DNA from: Basidiobolus meristosporus CBS 931.73
Lineage: Eukaryota; Fungi; Basidiobolomycota
Reading direction: 5' to 3'
Length of the DNA stretch: 64,000 nucleotides
Assembly: GCA_002104905.1 (NCBI GenBank)
Contig: MCFE01000466.1
Span: forward strand, 1-64,000
Below, one piece after another: positions 27,893 to 38,116 of the stretch. A program made the translations under genes and the position numbers. Each line of letters opens with the position of its first letter. Positions within the stretch are counted from its first letter, which is position 1. The notes under the pieces were generated by a model, which was not told the DNA's origin, did not search any database, and saw nothing but the letters and a program-made list of their open reading frames with translations.

Positions 27893-29717
27893 AGAAGAGC
27901 CTCAAATTGCAACATAGATTCTTATTTGGAACTGTTGAGTTTCAAAGGAGTAGTGCTGACTATAATATATACTATAAGGCAGAAGGAGCAAATCTAGTTC
28001 TGTTAGCTCTATATGTGGATGATCTTATTATAGCTGCCAATGAGCTAGAACCATTGAAAGAGACTAAATCTGGCCTATGTAAAGAGTTCAAGATCTCCAA
28101 TCTAGGAGAACTCTGTTACTACTTGGGGATAAAGTTTGCCATAGACAGCAGTACCCAGACTATCACCTTAAGCCAGTCCAAGTATATTCAAGATACACTA
28201 AAGAAGTACTTATTGGACAAATGTAAACCAGCAGCCACCCCAGTGGAGACATACCTTGACTTGGATCAAAACTCAACCAAATCCAGAGAACTTGGTGCCT
28301 TCTGAAAGCCCTAAGCTTCCTTATCAGACTATGGTCAGCAGTCTGATATATAGCATACTTGGAGTATGTCCAGATATCTCATATCCAGTGGGAGTTGTTA
28401 GCCAGCATAATCAGAACTATGGATCTGATCATACTGCAGCAGTTAGGTGGATTTTTAGATACCTAAAAGGAGCTTCTTATACCTGTTCAAGGTACTCCTA
28501 TAAGGATTCAGAGCAGGATCTTGTGGGACACTGCAATGCTGATTGGGGACAAGATCTAGAAGACAGAAGATCCACCACAGGATACACCTTTCTTTACTGT
28601 CAAGGAGCAATTTCATGGAATTCAAGAAAGCAACCTGCTGTAGCACTTTCCACCACAGAGGCAGAGTATACAGCAGCCTGTGAAGCTGCAAAAGAAGCAA
28701 TGAGGTTGAGAAAGCTTTTTAAAGATTTAGGCCTATGTCAAAAAATGCCTGTTACATTTTTTCAAGATAATCAAGGATTTGTTGTAAGAGTCTGGAGATA
28801 TTTGAAGTGATTGGGAGGACAAATAGATTATGTGGTTTTCACTTAACGATTTATTGAATGTAAAAGTAGTATTTATACTTTCACATGGTCTTAGCATAAC
28901 AAACACATAGAATAGAATTAAGGAAGGTCCCAAGAACATGCGTGCAAAGTTTGGGGCTGTTTGGACAACTTTGAGAATTTTCATGTTCTGGATACCTGGT
29001 ATTTTGGTGAAAATATTCTAAGTAAATCCCGACAAGGAGTTTAGGTCAATATTTTCTAGGATTTGAAGGTAATGATCTAAGTGACTAAGGTAGGTGAATA
29101 TTTAGGTGGAAATATGAATTTTACAACAGGATTTATACAATTAGGTAGAAATCCAACTTTTCATGCTAGAACTAAGCACACTGATAATAGACATCATTTC
29201 ATACGTTAAGCTATAGAGAATCAACTGTGTCAGCTTAGCCTACTGTCCTACAGGTGAAATTGATTGCAGTCACATTTACCAAACCATTAGCTAGAGACAA
29301 GTTTGAAATATCTTGGGTCAAAATTAGGACTAGGCAGTATGAGCATTTAGCTGAGTGGGAGTGTTGTAAGAGATTTGTAGTTCCACTATGAATATTCACC
29401 TAAGCTTGAGTCACTTATATCATTACCTTCAAATCCTAGAGAATACTGACCAGACTACTTGTTGGGACTTACTTGGAATATTCTCACCAAAACATCAGGT
29501 ACTCAGAAGCATGAAATATTCTCAAAGTTGTCCAAACAGCCCAAACTCTGCAAACATGCTCTTGGAGATCTTCCTTACACCTATTCTATGTGTTTGTTAT
29601 GCCAAGACCATGTAAGAGTATAAATACTACTTTTACATTCAATCAATCATTGAGTGAAGACCACATAATCTACTTGTTCTCCCAATCACTTCCAATATCC
29701 CTAAGACTCTTACAACA
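27893..29717 (+). mobile_element. Copia family A, 3' part (RT, RNase H, PPT, 3' LTR 29362-29717)
   Basis: RT catalytic LYVDDLII; NADWGQDLEDRRSTTGY; STTEAEYTAACEAAKEA; PPT GAGTGGGAG directly before TGTTGT. Confidence 0.88.
28780..29128 (-). mobile_element. Solo family-A LTR inserted antisense into RNase H of its own family
   Basis: TGTTGTAA...TTACAACA with perfect 5-bp TSD GGATT (28775-28779, 29129-29133). Confidence 0.88.
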
Positions 29718-29769
29718 CTTACAAGAGCCTTCACATGAACAACTTACTGAATATGGTAAGTGGTCTCAA

Positions 29770-31044
29770 TAATTTGCATGGACTTGGCAGAGCAGGCATA
29801 TAAAGTATACTTAGAACAATCCCAAGAACATATGTGTAAAGTTTGGGGCTGTTTGGCCAGCTTTGAGAATATTTATGTTCTGGGTGCCTGATATTTGTGA
29901 GAATACATCCAGTCCATCCCCGCAAGAGATTGACTCAGAGTTCTCTAAGTTGTGTAGGTAATGATACAGGTGACTAAGTTAGGTGATCACTTGGGTGCCA
30001 TTACAAATCTTTACTACACATTGGATTTAAGCTTGTTAGATCCAATTTTTCTTAGTTTTCATTAACCAAAAGCTCTTGAACCGCTTTCTGGCTTGTTTCC
30101 CATATATGCAGGCCTCATAGTGCTCTTGATTAGCCAGGGGATCAGCTTTTACTTATGAATTCAGCCAACCTTTTGATCTGTTGGCTCAAATGACCAAAAC
30201 TGATGTGTTTTGGTCTCCTGTGCCAGAGCATAGGGTATTTCCTCATTGAGGTTGTGCTATTGGCTTCCAGATACAATGAAAATAAGTCTGCTGGTATAGA
30301 TTCTGATCTCTGCTACCTGAGGAAATATGAGCATCATTGGAATCAGTGGTTCAGTGTCCAGAACTGTCAGGGCTGCCAATGGGCACCTCTGATGCTCTAA
30401 ATGCTGTAAGAGTCTTGGAGATCTTGCAAGTGATTGGGACAATTAGTAGACAATGTGGATTTTCACTTAATGATTTATTGTACGTGAAAGTAGTCTTTAT
30501 ACTTTTACATGGTCCAGGCATAGAAAACATGTAGGATAGGTTTAGGAAGGTCATAAGAGCATGTGTGCAAATGTTTGGCGCTGCTTGGACAACCTGCCTA
30601 ATTTTCATATTCTGGGTAGCTGATATTTTGACAAATGTATTCCAAGTAAATCCCAACAAGGAATTTGGTCAGTATTCTCTAGGATTTGTAGGTAATGATC
30701 TAAGTGACTATGTTAGGTTGATATTCAGGTGGAATTACAAGTTTTTGCAACACTTCATTGGAGTTTCTGGATATTATGTAAGTCGCTCATTTTGGTGTGT
30801 AAAGTGTAGACATGCTCCACAGTCAATATGCCGTATCAGAGAATCCCTATTCATGGCCATACTGAGTGTTGGTTTGGATGGTCTATCCTCAGCGGTGGCA
30901 GCATTCCTATGGTCATGCCATTTTGGCGCATTATCACTTGGTGAGGCATTGGTCCATTGAGCATCCTTTCCTTCTGCAGCTGCTACAAGAGAGATTTACT
31001 GCTTTCACTAAAGGGTCTTGAGTATCTGCTCCGGGGGACCTCGT
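29770..31044 (-). mobile_element. Older degenerate family-A LTR and gag-pol fragments (includes LTR 30402-30752)
   Basis: Recognisable LTR core GCAAAGTTTGGGGCTG-like motifs and integrase/gag fragments. Confidence 0.6.
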
Positions 31045-31393
31045 AGTGGTAAGAGTTTTACTGATATTGGAACCGATTGGGGGAACAATTCGATCGATTG
31101 GTTTTTGGTTGAAGATTTATAGATGGTAAAGGCAGTATTTGTGCTCTTACACAGTGGTGGCAAAGCAGACACAACGAATATGTTGAGAGTGGTCCCAAGA
31201 GCATGTTTGCAGAGCCTGTGGCTGGTTGGACAGCTTCGAGATATTTCATGTCTTGGGTGCCAGGTGGTTCGGTGAGATTATTCCAGGTCAATCCCAGTGT
31301 GGAATTTGGGCAGGATTCCTCAAGATTTACGGACGATGATCCGAGGGACCAAGTCAGGTGAATATTCAGGTGGAATTAAGAACTTTCACAACA
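31045..31393 (-). mobile_element. Family-A LTR relic with strongly GC-shifted sequence
   Basis: Colinear without gaps with the other 349-bp LTRs and ends TTTCACAACA, but heavily substituted A/T to G/C. Confidence 0.75.
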
Positions 31394-31399
31394 GTACGG

Positions 31400-32050
31400 A
31401 GCTCAGATATAGTTAGGCTAGCTCCAGTGGATGCGGCACCGCCAAATCAATGCATCTGCTGTGGTTTTCTCACTGTCTGAAGCACTTTTCCAGTGAACGA
31501 CCTTTCCTTTTGCTGTGGCAGCTGGACAGCAGGATGATCCTTTCGAGAGGTCTTGAGTACCTCAATCAATGATGATCACTGCTTATTATAAAGTGCTTTC
31601 TGCTTCCCGCTTAGCAGGGCATGGTTTTCATGATTCTTCATGCAGGAGCCTTCTGCAGACTTGATTTGGGTCCGATCCACGGATCGGGATTTTAGGGCTG
31701 TCACAAGGCGCTGATACCTGTTCCTCCGGGTTTTCAGGAGGGTGACGATCACAGGACCATCCGGATTTTGGAACCTCTTTTTAGTGGGGAATCCCGGTGT
31801 TGAGAGCATCTTCGTGGCAGCTGGGCATGACTGACCGGTGTCTTCCGAGGTCTTCCAAGCATTCCTCGCCGTTTTGGCTCTTGGACATCAAGCGAGCAGC
31901 TTGTCTTCGACCCTCAAGCGGATGGAGTTAAAACGCACTTTGTTCTGTCTTTTGGTACACCAGAGCCTGTTCTCCCACACCTTCGGAAGGAGCTGCGTAT
32001 ACGGCTGCCCGTGAGGCTACAAAGGCTGTACTATGGTTGAGAAAACTCTG
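31400..32050. mobile_element. GC-shifted Copia gag (minus) and RNase H (plus) relics
   Basis: GCATTCCTCGCCGTTTTGGCTCTTGG matches gag copies at ~19890 and ~27035. 31990-32050 matches the AEYTAACEAAKEA..LRKL coding sequence at ~28660. Confidence 0.55.
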
Positions 32051-32707
32051 CTTTGCGGGGGGGGGGGGGGGTTTCGGCCCATGGTGGACAAGGTTGAACC
32101 TTTGGTGTGCTTCCGGTACCTGGCCAATCCGGTGAGTCCGGTGATTTATTCCGAAGTGAACTGTGAGTCGAACCAAATCGTTTCAGCGAATCGGGTGCAT
32201 GTTTAAAAGCAGGATACTCCAGGTAATATGTAGGCCATCGCATGACCGTGTCGCGAAGCCACGAACACCGGCGAAAGATCCCCCGGGGGCGGGGGGGGAG
32301 AGGAGAATCCGGTTTGGGGATTTCCGTTTGGACACGCTGGGATGGGGAGGGTGTTTGCGATGGGGAACTTCCCCGGAGGTTGTCAGGATATTTGTCTGCC
32401 TGGTTGGTAGGCCAGCCTGACTCCCCTCGCAAATGGAATGGCGAGGCATCGTTCGGAGGGAATGATGCCGGGGAGCGGATGGGCTTCACTGGTCCGGTCT
32501 GGATGTTCCGGGTGGTTTATACATGTTGATGTGGACCGGGATTCATGGGTGGGTACAGAATGGGGGTTGGGTTGGGTGGTAGGGACACGAACACATGGTG
32601 GGAGGGTCTAAATTCGATTTGCCAGGGGGGATGGGCGAGGGTCAGGTAGGTCGGGAGGCGGTGGCGGTGGCGGTGATGGTGATGGTGGGTGGAGGTGGGG
32701 TGAGGGT

Positions 32708-35341
32708 TCAGTGGGTGAAGGATCTCTCCACGGAGGGGTGGATCTCGGTCTCCATGAAGGTGAACGCGGTGTCCATCTGATGCTGCAGGTGGAGGAGTTT
32801 CATCCGGATGGAGGCCGCGGTATCCGACCGGGAGAGACGCACCCTTCTCCCCGGGGCTTTCTTGAGGGTACGTCGGTGGGACTTCCCCGGGCGTCTGGCC
32901 ATGTCTACGAGGGGGCCCGAGGGAAGGTTCGTCCCTTCCCGGCGGTAGTGATCCCCCTGGACGACAATCGGGTACATGTGCTCATCCAGACGCTGCTCCC
33001 CCTCCTCTCCCTCTTCCTCTTCCTCTTCCTCCTGGGCCTCACTTCTCCCCAGCCTCTCGAGCCTGGCCCAGTGGAGCACCGGTGAAAGTCCTCGCTGGGG
33101 GACTCCTCCTCGGAGTTGGTCTCGGAGTCAGTCTCCGCCGTCTCCGGGAGCTCCATCTGCTCCTGGAGGGCCTCCAGCTGCTGGATGGTGACGCTGCGTC
33201 GGGGCGGGGTCTCCACGTGGTTCGCCACCGCGTATTCGACCCCCTCGAAGCTGGGCCTCAGCCCGTGCTGGGTGAGGATCCTATCCCCGATCTCGATCAG
33301 GCTGGTGGTATCGTCAGAGGAGTCGAAGGACCCCGACCCCTTGCCCGCACGAGAACCGGGCGGTCGACGCGGGGCCAACCCGCCGAGGGTGCTCTGGCGA
33401 CGATGCAGCCCCACCGAAGGACGGGACCCAAGCCCGGTGAGGGTGGAGGCGCGCTTCCGGAAGTCAGCCAGGATGGGCTGGGGGGTAGGGTCAGGTTCAG
33501 TAAAGGTGACCGGGGAGTCAGGGTTGGTCACCCGCAGGATCATCCGAGACATCTCCGCGGGCTCGCACAGAGTGCCAATCGAGCTGGGTCGCACCTTGTG
33601 ACGGACGGATTCTTTTCGGGTGAGTATGGAGGCTGAAAGGGAAGGGGGAGGCGTGAGTAGTGGGATGGAGAGGCAGGCCTCGAGCATGGCTTACCTCTTC
33701 GTGGGTTCTTGCCCGTGTTGGGGGCAGGACTCTCTCTGACGGGGACCGATGAATCGAATGGTGTACGGGCGGTTGCATCGATGGTCGAAATGTCTGGGTC
33801 CCCCGTGGTGGCGGGTCCGAAGCACCGAGGTGCCGGATGGAATATATTGGGTGGGGTGTCGCTCCACGAGGAGGGGTGAGCTATGTAGATAGGTAAACGG
33901 AGGGGTTTCCATTTACTTCGTACGTCCCGTAGTGAGCGAGGGTGGGGGAGTTCGGTGAGATGGACAGCCACTTACCAGAACGGGGTGATTAGGTCGATCT
34001 GGACCTCATAGGAGACCTGAATGAGGGAGGTGTTTCGTAGCGAATAGCACGAGGGCTGAGGAGAAATTGGAAGTTAGCGTGGCTTAGAGTCGACGGCGGA
34101 ATTCCTTTGAAATTCTCCCTACCGGCACACCAAGTGCAACCACCGAACCACGGTTCTCCCCCGCGGGCACCGCCCAATCGTGACCTTGGTAGACCGCCTC
34201 GGTGACCAGGATGCGATTGTCCATCCCTGGCGACAATCGACCGCCCGAGTCGGTCCTGGTCAAATCATGGTTGCCAGAGATCTGCTGCCACAACGATAAT
34301 TTCAGCCCACCAACCTAATTTTGAGAAGTTAGCCGGGGTTGCGAAGGCTTGACTATCCGTGCAGGTGCAGATGTCGGTGCTGGACTACCCACCGTTTTTT
34401 TCCCAAGGTTGCTGATCAGGGCTTGGACATAGATCAATCCACCCGCCGCAACCATCCCCCTGGTCAGCTCCGCGCTCATGGAGATCCTCTCCTTGGTCTC
34501 CCCGCGGACCTCCTCGGAGTTGTTGACGATCGCGGGGATGGTCCGGGCGTTGGCCACCTCGAACTCGGTCCACTTCTCGTAGACCTGGGCGAACCGGTTG
34601 TGCGCCAGGTTCTCCTTCCTGTCGTTGGACTTCATGGCGACCGCGCTGCAGCTCAACTGTCAATTGGGGAACGGGGCTTTGGATGCATGGTCAATGGAAC
34701 CCCACCTACCCTGAGACAACGTAACGAACCCCGCCTATCCTCGACACGTAACTGCTGGGGAGGTTGTTGGATAACTCGATAGAAAATGGGAACGTGGTCT
34801 TCCCGGCTTTCGCCGGGTAGTACCCGTCAGCGTCTGTGGACCGAAGGTTAGCTCGGTGCTGAGGCGGAAGGAGAAAATGGGTGGTGGACGGGTGCGCTAC
34901 TCACCGGACGGGGTGTTCGGTTTCACCGCGTCGGAGGGGGAACCCGGTTCCTGGAGGACCAGGCGGGACTTGTAGAAGATCCTACGTCGAAGCGAGGTGT
35001 TTTTGCTGCTCCTTTCTACGTCTAGGTGATGTTTGGGGAACCGGTTAAGTAAGAGAAACGACCCCCCCCCCTCACGAGGGTAAAGTGAACAAGGACCCAC
35101 CTTCGAAACCGGTCACCTCGACCACGACCTGGCCCAGCCTGACCAGCTCCTCCGAGGCGCAGGTCAGCTCCAGCCTACCGCTGAGGTGACCGCCTGCGTT
35201 GTAGAAAGGTTTGTCGAAGAACAGGTTCACCCGGACGTTCCCTTGCTTGCTCCCCTGCTTTCCGGGGGCGAAGATGAAGGAGTACTTCTCCGAGGTTTTC
35301 ACCACGGCTACTGACTGGGTGGATCTCGTTTCCGGGGCCAT
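32708..35341 (-). CDS. Multi-exon arrestin-domain protein with long disordered acidic/Ser-Pro tail; apparent 1-nt frameshift near 33080
   Basis: N-terminus VNLFFDKPFYNAGGHLSGRLELTC...LGQVVVEVTGFE is an arrestin_N signature. C-domain ISMSAELTRGMVAAGGLIYVQALISNLGKKTV and a small exon SYEVQIDLITPF follow. GT-AG introns include 33694-33633 and 33975-33882. Exon structure is partly inferred. Confidence 0.7.
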
Positions 35342-36042
35342 CTAGAGGTGGAGGTAAGGTTCTTTGCCGACCGCTGTGTAGTGGGAAATGAAGAAAATGC
35401 CCCCAAGTCACGCCGAGCTGCAGCCCAAAAAAACCCACCAGCCCATCGAGCGCAGCCGCTGCAATCCATGAGATTCTCATCTGAAAATTGACCACCCCCC
35501 ACCCTCCCCTCCTTCAATGTTGCACATCCTGGAATATGGCCATTATGCGTGATTCGTCTCACTTGCCAATAAGCATGTCCTACATCACCAACTTAATTCC
35601 CTGGAAAATCATCGACTTCGGGAGAATTACCGATGTTTCTTCTCACCGCCGATTGGACTCGATTGAGAGGATTTCCAACCCCTAAGCGTTTCGGTTTGGT
35701 TGCGAGCATTGGCCTGTGTCGTACGGATTTAGTTAGACTTCAACACGCGCCATTTGTGCGATCACTCCGGGATGTTTACCCGGGCACCCAAAGAAGCACC
35801 CGACTCCGTTGAATATGGTGAACGACTTCCCCCTCCACTACGCCAGCAATCCGGGTATTCAGTTTAGCAACGAAGCCCTCTACTGTTGGGGAAGATAGCT
35901 TTTAATCGATTGGTGAGTTAATTAGAAATGATTGTGGCTGCTTTGTACATGGATGGGATCAGCTATTTACAGTAATGGTCAGAAATTCTACGAGCGGGAT
36001 GATTAGCAATGTTGTCGAATTAGTTGACGAAAGGGAGACTCT

Positions 36043-36840
36043 CTATTCTTCATCCTCGCTACTACTCTCGACGAAGGGAGGGCTAAGCTCGATATTATGC
36101 TGAGAAGAAAGTGGGTATGGGTTGCAGGTGAATGAGTGATGGTATTTGGGTCGGATGGAAGGATAAGAGGTGAATGAGCCAGGATTGCTCCGCTTCTTAT
36201 GGTTGGTCAGAGCGACAGGAGGCTGAACGGGCGTTTCAACTCTGGGAAGCGACTCTTTAACCTCCAGGGAGTTGTCGACTTTGTTGATGAGGAGCGTGGA
36301 CCACCAGGAAAATAGTGGTGAGGACACGAAGATGTTATAATTCAACAGCTTCAAGAATCCTCGCTCGTTCTCGTTGATCTCCTTGACGCTCAATCCAGAC
36401 AATCGCGCCCATCCTAAATTGGTGGTCCCTCGGTCCTGGAGAAACTTTGTAGCGACGATAATGGCGGCTAGAAACATCCTACGTCCGCATCCGTAATGGC
36501 CCCGGCAGCCTTCCAGGAGAGATTGATTGCATTCCTTGGCCAAAGCAGATTTCAGGCGAAAAAGATAGATCAGGGCGATAAGTAGGGTGGAGAACGAGGT
36601 GCGAGAGCGGCGCAAGACCTCCTGGATGTATATTCTCAAGGGAACCGCTTGCTGCTCGGAAGCCTCGCTGGGCCAGATGTATTGGATAAACAACACTGTC
36701 TCATCTGCAAGAAAGGAATGATTAGAGCTCGGAGCTATGCGAACGTCTACACGCTGACAAGACCTACCTATTAGTATGTTGATCAGCTCAGGTCGAGAGA
36801 ATTGACGAGGCTTCGCAGGGAAGTGGGATTGTGTATTCAT
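36043..36840 (-). CDS. Pho85/Pho80-family (Pcl-type) cyclin, paralogue 1
   Basis: Cyclin box IWP...PLRIYIQEVLRRSRTSFSTLLIALIYLFRL...CGRRMFLAAIIVATKFLQD...WARLSGL...EINENERGFLKLLNY. In-frame 63-nt GT-AG intron at 36767-36705. Confidence 0.88.
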   Translation of the reverse strand: MNTQSHFPAKPRQFSRPELINILIGRSCQRVDVRIAPSSNHSFLADETVLFIQYIWPSEASEQQAVPLRIYIQEVLRRSRTSFSTLLIALIYLFRLKSALAKECNQSLLEGCRGHYGCGRRMFLAAIIVATKFLQDRGTTNLGWARLSGLSVKEINENERGFLKLLNYNIFVSSPLFSWWSTLLINKVDNSLEVKESLPRVETPVQPPVALTNHKKRSNPGSFTSYPSIRPKYHHSFTCNPYPLSSQHNIELSPPFVESSSEDEE

Positions 36841-38116
36841 TGAAGATTGATGGCTGAGCTTCAGACAGACCCACTGATTTAAATACGTCCCTCTCGGGTT
36901 CAATGGATAGATTTACCCTTATGGCATTATTGGCGTGATTGGTCAGCAAGTACGGAAATCACCAACAGCGCTGGCATTATCTAGGCGGAATTGGGGCCTC
37001 TTATCACTTATTATAGCTTAATATATTTAGCCCAGTATTCGGGCTCACTAGATCATCACCACCCGAAGAAATGGGTTTGTTGTGCATACAACGTCTCTCC
37101 GAGTAGCACCAGATTGATCAACCTTGAGGGTTAGATATGGCCAACTTGTTTATGCAAGTAGCCGGTTCCTCCCCAACTCTAAGCTTGGTAGTGCTAATGA
37201 ATAACATAGGAAAGACGGGCCGACACCGATTCGAAGATTCCGATGTAGAATTCCCAACAATTAATCTATATTTCAAACGCAGCACGGCGGTGGTGGTTCC
37301 CATTCCATCAGTAGCGGGATAAACGGTTCTGGCAGCTGCAACGTGTCACGAGGAGCCCTACAATCAACTGGATTTCAGTAACCTTTTCTAGCAATGAGAG
37401 TACCATCAATGTCGGGTAATAGACCTTCCGACTAGCAAGATTAATATTAATTCTGCTGGATTCGGAATAATACGTCGTATATTTATCATCGCTCATTCAT
37501 TCAGCCGAGGGATGCTGGTAGTGTTGGATGCTCCTACCCCATTTCTATTGTGCTGATTGGTAGCTAGGAGTGCTCTTCACCCGGGTTGCTTTCTTTAAGG
37601 TTTTGATGATGCAGTGGTGATTTGTTTAAAAATAGAACTACCCCCAGACCAGGGAGTAGGACATTTTCCCCATATTAGTCACCACTTCGGCTATCTAGAT
37701 GGCGAGGTATATTACCAAGAAGCTTAAGTATGTGTGATGATTTGAGCAGACTTGGTCCGCTGTATGTCGTATAAATGTCCAATACCTGCTGGAGGATGGC
37801 CAACAACCACAACACCTTCTCAAGCCTCTTCCTTGGCACAGCTCTTCCCGTTCGTGGAGGTTGGCTTTACTTTCCGGTCTTTTCTCGGCCGCCGAGTGTT
37901 TTCCGATGTTCGGCAGAGCTCTCCCGAATATTTCCAAGAAAAAGGAATTTTCTTTATTGGTAGCTGAGAATAAACAGAACATAGAAAATCCAACGGAACG
38001 AATTTGAAGAAAAATAAATAAGTATGCAAATAACCCATCGTCCACAAAAAAGCAATACGGTATTGCCAAGTCTTAGCGTAATTGATTAACCAGTGCAAAA
38101 TGTTCCTAAACCCGGC

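Noticed and set aside
20540-27897. Identical AGAAG flank after two Copia 5' LTRs as evidence of one TSD or duplication
   Set aside because: Both flanks are on the same side of different elements and the sequences diverge immediately afterwards. Coincidence.
1-30780. Classical RIP
   Set aside because: CpA/TpG are abundant and CpG is what is missing, which fits 5mC deamination better.
32200-35500. Bacterial horizontal transfer as cause of the GC-rich island; many long overlapping ORFs
   Set aside because: The gene has GT-AG introns and a eukaryotic arrestin domain, and the GC shift also affects introns and a host LTR. The overlapping ORFs are expected shadows of high GC.
37100-38100. Short ORFs between cyclin paralogues 1 and 2 (also 41300-41900)
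   Set aside because: No recognisable motif, stops in all frames, and no convincing splice pattern.
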